A model generated the notes under the pieces. It was not told where the DNA came from. It made no database searches and saw only the letters and a program-made list of their open reading frames with translations. The translations under genes were made by a program, and so were the position numbers. Shown here piece after piece: positions 39,901-48,599 of a stretch of DNA of 64,000 nucleotides (position 1 is the stretch's first letter; every line of letters begins with the position of its first letter). The DNA is from Eledone cirrhosa (lineage: Eukaryota), in contig OZ024766.1 in NCBI GenBank assembly GCA_964016885.1, positions 2,480,001 through 2,544,000 of the forward strand. The letters run 5' to 3'.

Positions 39901-41742
39901 TCCTGGGACAGAGAATCAAACTCTATACCCACACAATATCATTTCTCTCACTACTTATGGTATTGGTGTACACTGCTTTCCTTTTGATTGGTATCTTAAT
40001 GATACTAGTTTAATTAAAACACCGATGCTGGTGACACAACAAAAGGCACCCAGCTCACCCTGTAAAGTGGTTGTGCTGGTGACACAACAAAAGGCACCCA
40101 GCTCACCCTGTAAAGTGGTTGTGCTGGTGACACAACAAAAGGCACCCAGCTCACCCTGTAAAGTGGTTGTGCTGGTGACACAACAAAAGGCACCCAGCTC
40201 ACCCTGTAAAGTGGTTGTGCGCTGGTGACACAACAAAAGGCACCCAGCTCACCCTGTAAAGTGGTTGTGCTGGTGACACCCTGTATATGTGTGTCTGTGT
40301 GTGTACATCATGGTGTATATGTGGAGGGTCGAAAATAAAGTACCAGTAATACAATGGGTCAGTTAAATCGACTTTCCCTTCCCCTTCAATTTACTGGTGT
40401 TGGTGGATTGGCAGTATCGGTAGAGGGTCAGACACCATGCTTTCCAGCATGGAGTTACGTCCCTTTAGATCTGAGTTCAAATCCTGCCGAGGTTAACTTT
40501 GCCTTTCATCCTTACTGGGTCGATAAAATAAAGTACCAGTAATGCACTGGGGTAATTGCTGGCCCTGTGCCTAAAGTAGAAACAATTATTCTTTGTGTGT
40601 GTGTGTGATATTAAATAAATGGAAACTATATTTATAAAACCATATTTATTCTATTATATATATTTCAAGGGTACCAAAACTTTGGTACGCTCTCATCAGA
40701 TAAAATACAAAGTTTTGTTTTATAAATACTGACATATCCAGGAATGATGAGAGCGTACCAAAATTTTGGTGCCCTTGGAATATATATAATAGAATAAATA
40801 TGGTTTTATAAATATAGTTTCCATTTATTTAAAATCATTGTATATTATACTCCAGAAAACCTGTTGGGTGCTTCGAATCAGTTATAAACATATATATTTG
40901 TTGAATTACCAACAAATTAAATATCTCTCTATATATATATTAAATAAATAAATAAAATAAAATAATAATAAAAAAAAAAAAAAAAAATAAATATACACGG
41001 GTGTGTATGATTGTGTATAGAAGATTATATTAATAAGAGGAATTCCAACTTTGTCTGATTTACTCGTTTTATTTACAATCCTTAAAATTTATAATGGTAT
41101 TATAATGAAATAGTATGATAGAATATTAAATGTTAAGTGTTAATTGAACAAGTACTTTCATACTTTCGCAGTTTTCAGGTTCATAATGTGTGGTGACAGT
41201 CAAATATATATAAATAATATAAAATCTAAAGATGGTTAAAAGAGTTCCATGTATTTTATTATGTGCATTTCAAAAACAAATATCATCATGCGATGATATT
41301 TGTTTTTGAAATGCGCATAATAAAATACCTGGAACTCTTTTAACCATCTTTTGATTTTATATTATTTATACTCCAGTCCTATAAACTGTTGAGTGCTACT
41401 TATCCGATATTTGCATTGCTTTATTGTGCTACAATAAAACTCACCTCCTACATTATATATATAATGTGCATTGCCCTATGTACTGTACATGCACTTTTTT
41501 GATGAGTTGTGGTGCACCTGGGCACTGTACACAATATTTCATTATTATTATATCATGACTCATACACTGTTCATTTTCCTGACATTGGTACATTATTCTA
41601 TGTACTATACATGCACCTTTGATGAGTTGTAGTGCACCTGAGCACTGTACACAATAATTTCATTATTATTATATATATATAATCTTTTCATTCTGTAATC
41701 CATAGCTTCCAAGTTGGATTAATTTCTCTGTTTTGTTGTTGA
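17851..41742 (+). CDS. Ceramide kinase-like lipid kinase (DAGK/sphingosine kinase family), 12 coding exons, 2673 nt, ~890 aa
   Basis: Manual GT-AG model with consistent phases: 17851-17983, 18552-18740, 20231-20356, 20947-21010, 22660-22805, 23662-23733, 29266-29415, 31714-31879, 32952-34249, 38592-38743, 39662-39801, 41706-41742. Motifs [34 protein letters not shown]...LGVLRY and NCDGE occur in the order known for CERK/SphK. Confidence 0.85.
18552..18740 (+). CDS. CERK-like coding exon 2 ([10 protein letters not shown]...INGLVHS), putative PH-like region
   Basis: tatttcag acceptor, t|gtaagt donor, open frame in phase 1-1. Confidence 0.7.
19183..19253 (+). ncRNA. Type I hammerhead ribozyme motif (family F), sense strand of the kinase intron
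   Basis: uguuuuau CUGAUGA aaacacaaauauuauu-gcuu-gaugauguuuguuuuu GAAA ugcgca UA^ auaaaaua; predicted cleavage after 19245; tail tactccagtcccacaaactgtagagtgc...ctcctacat then (TA)n. Confidence 0.75.
19445..19510 (-). ncRNA. Type I hammerhead ribozyme motif (family G, left arm)
   Basis: Minus strand reads uauuuugu CUGAAGA gggcauaccauauu-uuu-aauaugauaucccu GAAA uauaua UA^ augaaaua. Confidence 0.65.
19556..19618 (+). ncRNA. Type I hammerhead ribozyme motif (family G, right arm)
   Basis: CUGAAGA at 19564-19570, GAAA at 19599-19602, UAUAUA, UA^ at 19610; stem I uauuuugu/augaaaua; stem II has a small deletion. Confidence 0.6.
19880..19944 (-). ncRNA. Type I hammerhead ribozyme motif (family G)
   Basis: Minus strand reads uauuuugu CUGAUGA aagcacaccau-aguuuaac-augguguccuu GAAA uaugua UA^ augaaaua. 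Confidence 0.7.
20231..20356 (+). CDS. CERK-like coding exon 3 ([21 protein letters not shown]...TELF)
   Basis: DAGK-catalytic C1 motif NPxSG; tttcag acceptor, g|gtaagt donor. Confidence 0.9.
20947..21010 (+). CDS. CERK-like coding exon 4 ([22 protein letters not shown])
   Basis: ttccag acceptor, gg|gtaagt donor, 64 nt. Confidence 0.85.
21360..21910 (+). mobile_element. Degraded RTE-type LINE fragment (post-RT region)
   Basis: Disrupted translation [34 protein letters not shown]...[11 protein letters not shown] resembles an RTE ORF2 C-terminal region. Confidence 0.55.
22411..22594 (-). mobile_element. tRNA-derived SINE with ~22-bp target-site duplication
   Basis: Minus strand has box B gagttcaaatccc, then gactttgcctttcatcc...gtcgataaaataaagtaccag-type core; TSD ttaaaataatctaaactataat at 22389-22410 and 22595-22616. 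Related copies near 30-110, 14905-15245, 22020-22390, 34400-34672, 38005 and 40400-40590. Confidence 0.85.
22660..22805 (+). CDS. CERK-like coding exon 5 ([19 protein letters not shown]...PVGIIPS)
   Basis: ATP-binding GGDG motif; tttgcag acceptor, g|gtaaat donor; not in the ORF track. Confidence 0.92.
23020..23547 (-). mobile_element. RTE-type LINE 3' end with internal 49-bp tandem amplification and an inverted 5' piece
   Basis: Minus strand [39 protein letters not shown]; plus-strand piece [27 protein letters not shown] (pre-RT-like) at ~23460-23547. Confidence 0.65.
23662..23733 (+). CDS. CERK-like coding exon 6 ([24 protein letters not shown])
   Basis: Poly-T tract plus ccag acceptor; g|gtatgg donor. 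Confidence 0.88.
23731..28082. repeat. 42-bp (39-bp variant) minisatellite, ~104 copies, intronic
   Basis: Unit taggtatggtctactgtcatgtttggttacagagggagggac; source of three >1400-aa pseudo-ORFs. Confidence 0.97.
28144..28504. repeat. 33-bp minisatellite, ~11 copies, each with ATGCAAAT
   Basis: Unit gctgatatgcaaatctggctggtcagtcagtct. Confidence 0.93.
28567..28616 (+). ncRNA. Type I hammerhead ribozyme with GUC cleavage triplet, sense strand of the kinase intron
   Basis: gagcugua CUGAUGA a-ggg-caaua-ccc-a GAAA ca-uuag-ug UC^ ugcaguuc; 8-bp stem I (two G-U); predicted cleavage after 28608; A-A at the base of stem II. Confidence 0.75.
28850..29136 (-). mobile_element. tRNA-derived SINE (second family)
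   Basis: Minus strand ggaggcacatggcttagtggttagagc (box A)...tgtgaattcaattc...tccttgagcaaggcactttatttcac; plus-strand copy at ~42170-42400. Confidence 0.75.
29266..29415 (+). CDS. CERK-like coding exon 7 (GKQQEMTTY...[27 protein letters not shown])
   Basis: C4-type motif GYGF.SD...LG..RY; tacag acceptor, g|gtaggt donor. Confidence 0.9.
29447..30137. repeat. 79-bp minisatellite, ~9 copies
   Basis: Unit ttctatgaaacaaaaatacccattttaaaggcttcatatttagccctttataaaccaaccctgccaaaagtagctctgg. Confidence 0.92.
30308..31007. repeat. 39-bp minisatellite, ~18 copies
   Basis: Unit agggtttgtagcaaaggtttctgttacgctacatgggct. Confidence 0.95.
31714..31879 (+). CDS. CERK-like coding exon 8 ([22 protein letters not shown]...KPDDN)
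   Basis: Pyrimidine tract plus cacag acceptor, ag|gtaaga donor; phase 1 to 2 fits both neighbours. Confidence 0.8.
32278..32860. repeat. 72-bp minisatellite, second array
   Basis: Same unit as 16653-17593. Confidence 0.93.
32952..34249 (+). CDS. CERK-like coding exon 9, 1298 nt, acidic insertion with a 45-bp coding repeat (QDRSVDT[A/P]SKEAET[A/V] x ~22)
   Basis: Strong pyrimidine tract plus atag acceptor in phase 2; aag|gtttgt donor in phase 1; unique coding-like flanks; exons 8 and 10 are out of phase without it. Confidence 0.75.
34782..38003. repeat. Complex direct and inverted duplication of LINE-end and unique segments
   Basis: Direct: ~34782-35625 versus ~36489-37255. Inverted: ~35550-36150 versus ~37260-37852, and ~34803-34955 versus ~37852-38003. 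Confidence 0.85.
38005..38560 (+). mobile_element. SINE followed by ~5 tandem 80-bp copies of its 3' tail
   Basis: gagttcaaatcccgccgagg..., then repeats of gggttgataaaataaagtaccagtaatacactgggataattgctggccttgtgcccccaaaagtagaaacaattattaca. Confidence 0.85.
38592..38743 (+). CDS. CERK-like coding exon 10 ([12 protein letters not shown]...KVLCLSK)
   Basis: W..+.G.+ motif of SphK/CERK after the insertion loop; ttag acceptor, aag|gtaaaa donor. Confidence 0.8.
38940..39505. repeat. 46-47-bp minisatellite related to the 48-bp array
   Basis: Unit cactgtaaggtggttgtgctggtgtcatgacaaaaggcacccattcc[ag]; related array at 40026-40280. Confidence 0.9.
39662..39801 (+). CDS. CERK-like coding exon 11 (...[20 protein letters not shown])
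   Basis: C5 motif NCDGE; acceptor after a poly-T tract (alternative in-frame start 39671); tg|gtgagc donor. Confidence 0.88.
40607..40925 (+). mobile_element. Palindrome-plus-tail element, family G
   Basis: Arms ~40607-40697 and ~40746-40836; tail tactccagaaaacctgttgggtgc... Confidence 0.8.
40647..40707 (-). ncRNA. Type I hammerhead ribozyme motif (family G)
   Basis: Minus strand reads uauuuuau CUGAUGA gagcguaccaaa-gu-uuugguacccuu GAAA uauaua UA^ auagaaua. Confidence 0.75.
41209..41453 (+). mobile_element. Palindrome-plus-tail element, family F (both arms truncated inside hammerhead stem II)
   Basis: Arms 41209-41287 and 41292-41370; tail matches 19296-19380. Confidence 0.8.
41706..41742 (+). 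CDS. CERK-like last coding exon ([12 protein letters not shown])
   Basis: catag acceptor in phase 2; resembles the CERK C-terminal strand; TGA at 41740-41742; AATAAA at 41959. Confidence 0.65.
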
Positions 41743-42449
41743 CGTGGAAACCTGAGACTTTCTGGGAACAGCAGCAGCGAGTAAAAACAACCCCAACACG
41801 ACCATCTACAAAACCAACTTGTCTACACATTTAACTACTCCCCCTCCCCGTTAATATTTGCCTCTGTTATAAAACCTTTATATATTTCTTTATAGAATAT
41901 TTTTGTTATATATTTTCATATCTTTGTTATCCACAAACACTGTTTTGATATATTGCTAAATAAAATAGTTACAATTATGAGTTTTCTTATTTTTATATGT
42001 ATTTAAATACACTCTTCATCTCGATCAGACATCATAGTTTTATTTTTATTGTAGCTATGATTAGCTCGCTATTTAGGCAGACACCACAGCTTCAGGTCCA
42101 CTATCCCATTATTTTATTTTGTTTTCTTTCATCCTTCTATCTGTGTTGTATGTTTTATCACATACACATGGAGGCACATGGCTTAGTGGTTAGAGCATTG
42201 GGTTTGCAATCGAAAGGTTGTGAGTTCAATTCTCAGACCGGGTGATGTTGTTTCCTTGAGCAAGACACTTTATTTTTCACATTGCTCCAGTTTACTCAGC
42301 TGTAGTAATGATATGGACTGGGGTCCATATCATTCCACTGCAAAGTGGACGTGGAGGTGCCACGGGGAAAAAAAAAGCACCCAGCCCACACTGTAATGTG
42401 GACGTGGAGGTGCCATGGGGGGACTGGTGTAATTTCTTAAAAGGTTTCT

Positions 42450-42680
42450 TATACTATAATTTCAATGACCGGGTTCAGTATGAATCCGGTGACATCATCA
42501 GGTATTCAAAATATAACAAAGGAATATAATAGACAAAATCCATGGGGCTGAAAATCAGACAAGAGGACGGCCGACCATTTAGCAGCTTCTAGCCCGGTCG
42601 GCTGCCCTTGTTATATTTTGAATACCTGATGATGCCACCCGAGTTATACTAAATCCGGTCACTGAAATGATTATAGTATA
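42450..42680. mobile_element. Palindromic element with a hammerhead-like motif (42622-42679, +)
   Basis: Arms 42450-42522 and 42606-42680; auac CUGAUGA ... GAAA ugauua UA^ guau; base of stem II is imperfect. Confidence 0.6.
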
Positions 42681-42959
42681 TCATCGTTGATCTAGGCCTC
42701 GGAACATCGAAGACCAAACCTAGCTTCATCCCAACCTCTGGGTCTCTAGTGACCCCTTGATTGACATCACATTGTTGATCCATCCCTCAGAACATCGAAT
42801 GTATTCCCCCACCCTCCCAAAAAGAAGTAGTTTACATCATTGGCTGCAAATGAAGCCTCGCAGATTTTATAACAGTTACCTTCTCTTAGAGAATTAATCT
42901 TAATGGCGAGCAAGTGTGTGTGTCAGTCAGTCAGTCATAAAGCCGATGGATCAGGTTAT

Positions 42960-43380
42960 GAAAATGGCAAGAGGGGATATTAGAGCAACTGATTAGAGAA
43001 ATGGTCAAATTAGGTGAGATGCAGTTTGGTTTTGTGTCTGGGAAAAGTACAACAGATGCCCTCTTCTTGGTGAGAAGATTACAAGAGAGGTTCTTAGAGA
43101 AGAATAAGCCACTATACTTAACTTTTGACCTAGAGAAGGCCTTTGATAGGGACTACCAGACAACAGATCCGGGTACCCTAAGGAAATAGCTTGTGAGGAC
43201 AGTGCAAACTTTGTACAGAGGTGCTGTCAGTAAAGTGAGGGTAGGAACGGAGTTTAGTGAGGAATTCCAGATACAGGTAGGTGTACATCAGGGTTTGGTC
43301 CTCAGACTGCTCTTGTTCATTATAGTTCTCCAAGCCATAACGGAGGAGTTTAAGACTGGATGCCCATGGGAACTTCTCCA
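42960..43380 (+). pseudogene. RTE-clade reverse transcriptase fragment
   Basis: QFGFVSGKSTTDA..LQE..DLEKAFDR and GVHQGLVL..LLFIIVL..PWELL RT motifs, with a stop and deletions. Confidence 0.85.
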
Positions 43381-44050
43381 GTCTGCACCAATCTTCTCTT
43401 CACCCCTCCCCATTCATAAGACCTTGCCCTCACCTGTTAAATATCCCACACACCTCGTTGATGCTACAACAATAAAAAACACCCAGTTCATCCTGTAAGG
43501 TGGTCATGCAAAAGTGTGCAGTCCACATTGTAACTTGTTTCGTGTAAAGAAGGGCATCCAGCCTTAGAAACCAAACCAAAATACACATCCATATGAGCAA
43601 GACCTGGTCTCCACACCTGACATGTCTCATAACGTGACAACCTGTTTAACCCATGCAGGTGTGATAAAAATGAACGTTAAATGATAATGTTGATGATGAT
43701 GATGGTGTATAGAAACGAATGTAACATAGTAAAGTACCAAGGATGACAACTCCAACTTTGTTCAATTTAAATCCCATGATAGTATTATTGAGCAGACCTA
43801 TAATTAAAGTTGTTCCAGCCGTGACTATCATATTTATATGTATAGATCTGTCTCTTATTGAAACATGTGTCGTGATTAAAATGATTGGAAATGTATACCA
43901 TGCCTTCGGATCTTTATTTTGATACAAATACTACGTTTTACATAATCTAGCTGTTCCCATAAGTGGAATTTGAGATATACGAAAGCGTGGAGAACTTAAT
44001 ATGGCTAACAAAAGTTTATTGGACCGTATGACACAACCAATAATACACCT

Positions 44051-44091
<41 letters not shown>

Positions 44092-44835
44092 AATGTGTAA
44101 ACTGCAGAATATGGTCTTTGTTGTTATAAGACAGTAGATAGTGATATTGGCTGCTATTTCTACCAGGTCAAGTAACCAGGTAGGAGACTCCCTCGTTGAT
44201 ACGTAATATATATTTCACTGAGTGATGCTGCTTGTGTTACCATGGGTTGGATACAATTGATGGAGTGAATTGATTTAAACTGAAGGTATTAAATGATGTG
44301 AGGGACTTTTAACGTATGACACCGGTCACAGACCGGAAAGAGAAACATTACCAACGACACCACGTACCTGCTATCTTAATTATAACGTTAGTTAATCTAA
44401 TTATATCTTGTGTAGCAATTATCTCATGTTAAGGTGAAAGTTAATATTCTGTAGATAACATAGAGTGAGCTACATGTTCCAGGGTAGGTGTTCCATCTCC
44501 TACATGATTAAATATTTCATTTCATGAGAAACTACGCTACATCGTGAATTGGTTGTTCCACATTTTACAGGACAGTGAGAAATAGGTTTAAATCACCAAC
44601 ATCTGAACAATTAGCTTTCCTGGTCTTTCTTGACTTTACATTTGGACTTGAAATATAAAGTACGTATTATTTGTATTGTTAACACAGCAGATATTGTGTA
44701 CTTTTCTACACTCCGTGGTGAACAATCCTCATTTATTAAGACACAAACAAACACAGACTCCCTCTTTCTTATACCTACATCAGTCTTACACAGTTATATA
44801 TCTTCAGAACTTCGAAGAATTCTTCAAGAATTACA

Positions 44836-46008
44836 ATGGAGGACGTTAAACACTTGGACATTTCTACCACACCTGTTTCTACCAATATAGATACAGTTAC
44901 ACAGACATACAGTGGTGAGAAACCTTTACCCAGTGAAACATGTACTGAACAAGGATCATTACACAGAAATATTCCTGAATATAGCTGTGGGGTTTGTAGG
45001 AAAACTTTCTCATCAGAAGATGAATTATCTACACACAAACTCATACATATTAAAGACAGACCCTATCATTGTGAAATATGTGGGAAATCTTTTGGCAGTA
45101 GAAGTCAATTGACTCGACACTATAGAACACATACTGCAGAGAAACCCTATCATTGTGAAATTTGTGGGAAATCTTATAGTAAGAATAGTCAATTGACTAA
45201 CCACAAAAGAACACACACTGGAGAGAGACCCTATCATTGTGAAACATGTGGGAAATCTTTTAGTAGGAGTTGTCACTTGTCTACCCACAAAATAACACAC
45301 ACAGGAGAAAAACCTTTCAAATGTGAAACATGTGGGAAATCTTTCAGTCTGAATTCCAATTTAATTAGGCATTTAAGTAACCACAGTGGGGAAAAACCAT
45401 TTCACTGTGAAATATGTGGGAATTCTTTCGCTGAGAAAGCTAATCTTGTAAGACATATACGTATTCACACCGGAGAGAAACCTTTTCACTGTGAAATATG
45501 TGGGAAATATTTTGCTCATAGTTCTGTTCTTGTAGTTCACAGAACAACACACACTGGAGAGAAATACTTCCATTGTGAAATATGTGGGAAAGCGTGTGTG
45601 AAAAGCAGTGATTTAACTATACATAAAAGATCACACACTGGAGAGAAACCCTATCATTGTGAAACATGTGGGAAATATTTTGTAACAAGCCGTTCTTTAA
45701 CTATACACAAAAGAACACACACAGGAGAGAAACCCTATCACTGTGAAATATGTGGGAAAAGGTTTGTACGGAGCAGTTCTTTAATTGTACATAAAAGAAC
45801 ACACACTGGAGAGAAACCCTATAACTGTGAAATATGTGGGAAATATTTTGTAACAAGCTGTTCTTTAATTAGACACAAAAGAACACACCCAGGAGAGAAA
45901 CCCTATCATTGTGAAATATGTGGGAAAGTGTTTCTACGGAGCAGTTCTTTAATTGTACATAAAAAAACACACCCTATAACTGTGAAATATGTGGGAAATA
46001 TTTTGTAA
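44836..46008 (+). CDS. C2H2 zinc-finger protein (ZNF-3), 390 aa, 12 fingers, truncated by a 13-bp deletion; 3 relic fingers to 46262
   Basis: ORF track; linker deletion at ~45972 (cac|cctataac). Confidence 0.75.
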   Translation: MEDVKHLDISTTPVSTNIDTVTQTYSGEKPLPSETCTEQGSLHRNIPEYSCGVCRKTFSSEDELSTHKLIHIKDRPYHCEICGKSFGSRSQLTRHYRTHTAEKPYHCEICGKSYSKNSQLTNHKRTHTGERPYHCETCGKSFSRSCHLSTHKITHTGEKPFKCETCGKSFSLNSNLIRHLSNHSGEKPFHCEICGNSFAEKANLVRHIRIHTGEKPFHCEICGKYFAHSSVLVVHRTTHTGEKYFHCEICGKACVKSSDLTIHKRSHTGEKPYHCETCGKYFVTSRSLTIHKRTHTGEKPYHCEICGKRFVRSSSLIVHKRTHTGEKPYNCEICGKYFVTSCSLIRHKRTHPGEKPYHCEICGKVFLRSSSLIVHKKTHPITVKYVGNIL

Positions 46009-46804
46009 CAAACCGTTCTTTAACTATACATAAAAGAACACACATTGGAGAGAAACCACATCACTGTGAAATATGTGGGAAAGCGTTTACACAGACTGCT
46101 GGTCTCATTGTCCACATACGTACTCACACTGGAGAAAAGCTTTTCTACTGTGAAATATGTGGGGAATCTTTCACTAGTAACACTGAATATAATAAACACA
46201 AAAGAACGCACACTGGAGAAAAACGTTCCACCAATATCAAATGTGAATACTTGACAGTTTGATAGACTCCAAACATTGCTGGCCATTTTTACAAATATAT
46301 TTTCAGTTGAAATTAAAATCTTTCTCTGATCTATTCTTGACTTTTTGAATTAATTTTAAATCTATGCCAGAACTTTTAGCCTTGGTTTGTCAACACCAAC
46401 ATTGCCTGCTATAGTGTGTGTAATTAAGGGACCTCTATCACCTGAGGTAATGTCTTGTCTGCTATGATACATTATAGAGGCCTACACCAACATTCCCTGC
46501 TATAGTGTGTGTAATTAAGGGCCCTCTATCACCTGAGGTAATGCTGTGTGTGTCCAGTCTCAGAAATTAAAGAGGGTAACACCAACATTCTCTGTTACAG
46601 TAATTGAAGGAGTAGTTTTACCTGTTTTTCTTTTTCTTTCTGACTCCCTTTTTTTATTGATTTCATTGTTTTGTAAATAATTTATTAATTTTTCATAATT
46701 AATTTTATAAAGTGTATTTATGTCCTAAATTTCATTCTATTTGTTGTTAATAAAATAATTATATTTAAGGAATTTGTCAAGTCTGTAACTTTTTGTTATT
46801 TTGC

Positions 46805-47310
46805 CATCTAAATCTCTGTTATTAACACCATATGTAATGATATCTTGTAAGTAGTTTTAATACATCTAACACCCATCTAAATCTCTGTTATTAACACCAT
46901 ATGTAATGATATCTTGTTAGTAGTTTTAATACATATAACACCCATCTAAATCTCAGTTATTAACACCATATGTAATGATATCATCTTGTAAGTAGTTTTA
47001 ATACATCTAACACCCATCTAAATCTCTGTTTTTAACACCATATGTAATGATATCTTGTTAGTAGTTTTAATACATCTAACACCCATCTAAATCTCTGTTA
47101 TGAACACCATATGTAATGATATCATCTGGTAAGTAGTTTTAATACATCTAACACCCATCTAAATCTCTGTTTTTAACACCATATGTAATGATATCATCTT
47201 GTAAGTATTTTTAATACATCTAACACTCATCTAAACCTCTGTTATTAACACCATATGTAATGATATCATCTTTGTAAGTAGTTTTAATACATCTAACACA
47301 CATCTAAGTC
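46805..47310. repeat. 69-72-bp minisatellite downstream of ZNF genes
   Basis: Unit catctaaatctctgttattaacaccatatgtaatgatatcatcttgttagtagttttaatacatctaacacc; arrays also at 51061-51793, 55226-55958 and 59391-60123. Confidence 0.92.
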
Positions 47311-47813
47311 TCTGGACAGGGGGCCACCAAGGAAGCAATACAAGGAATTTGAACAAATTCCTTGTCACATCGACCATCACTGGTGGTCCACCCGACCTGA
47401 GACATGGGAAGCCTGGTGTCTCACCAACAACTATGCTATCTGCTCCTTGATAAACACCCACAGGGCCACCCTCGAGGACAAGAGTCCTAGGAGGAAGAAC
47501 CACAACTAGTTATCAAACCCTTCTCCAGAGCTTCATCTGTTGCTGTGCCATGCCTGTCCTACGTAGGCCTGACCAGCCACAAGCAGGCCTGGAATCAACG
47601 TAGAACAACTCCTTAACCTTTGTTCTCGAAGCCAAGACATGATAAACGTTATTGAGTTACAGATGGAGATATAAATATATATACAAACAAACAACGGATT
47701 AACACTACAAGGGAAGACAACCTCACCATGGCATAATTCAATTCCCAGATTAGTATGATCGAGTAGGCATATATTTAAATATTGGGAGTTCTTTTAGCTG
47801 TACCCATGTAGTT

Positions 47814-47854
<41 letters not shown>

Positions 47855-48599
47855 ATAACTAAACTGCAGAATATGGTCTTTGCTGTTGTAAGACAGTAGA
47901 GAGTGATATTTGGCTGCTATTTCTACCAGGTAGGAGACTCCCTCGTTGATGCGTAATAAATATTTCACTGAGTGATGTTGCTTGTTTTACCATGGGTTGG
48001 GTACAATTGATGGAGTGAATTGATATAATTGAAGGTCTTTCTGAAGGTATTAAATTATGTCAGGGACTTTTAACGTATGACACCGGTCACAAACCGGAAA
48101 GAGAAACCATTCTCAACGACACCACGTACCTGCTATCTTAATTATAACTTTAATTAATCTAATTAGATCTTGTGTATCAATTATCTCATGTTACGGTGAA
48201 AGTTAATATTCTGTAGATAACATAGAGTGAGCTACATGTTCCAGGGTAGGTGTTCCATCACCTACGTGATTAAATATTTCATTTCATGAGAAACTACGCT
48301 ACATCGTGAATTGGTTGTTCCACATTTTACAGGACAGTGAGAAATAGTTTTAAATCACCAACATCTGAACAATTAGCTTCCCTTGTCTTTCTTGACTTTA
48401 CATTTGGACTTGAAATATAAAGTACGTATTATTTGTATTGTTAACACAGCAGATATTGTGTACTTTTCTACACTCCGTGGTGAACAATCCTCATTTATTA
48501 AGACAAACACACACTCTCTCTCTTACACTTTCTTATACCAACATCAGTCTTACACAGTCATATATCTTCAGAACTTCGAAGAATTCTTCAAGAATTACA

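Noticed and set aside
42170-42245. tRNA gene
   Set aside because: Box A and B are present, but the sequence runs into a SINE body and has no clean acceptor stem.
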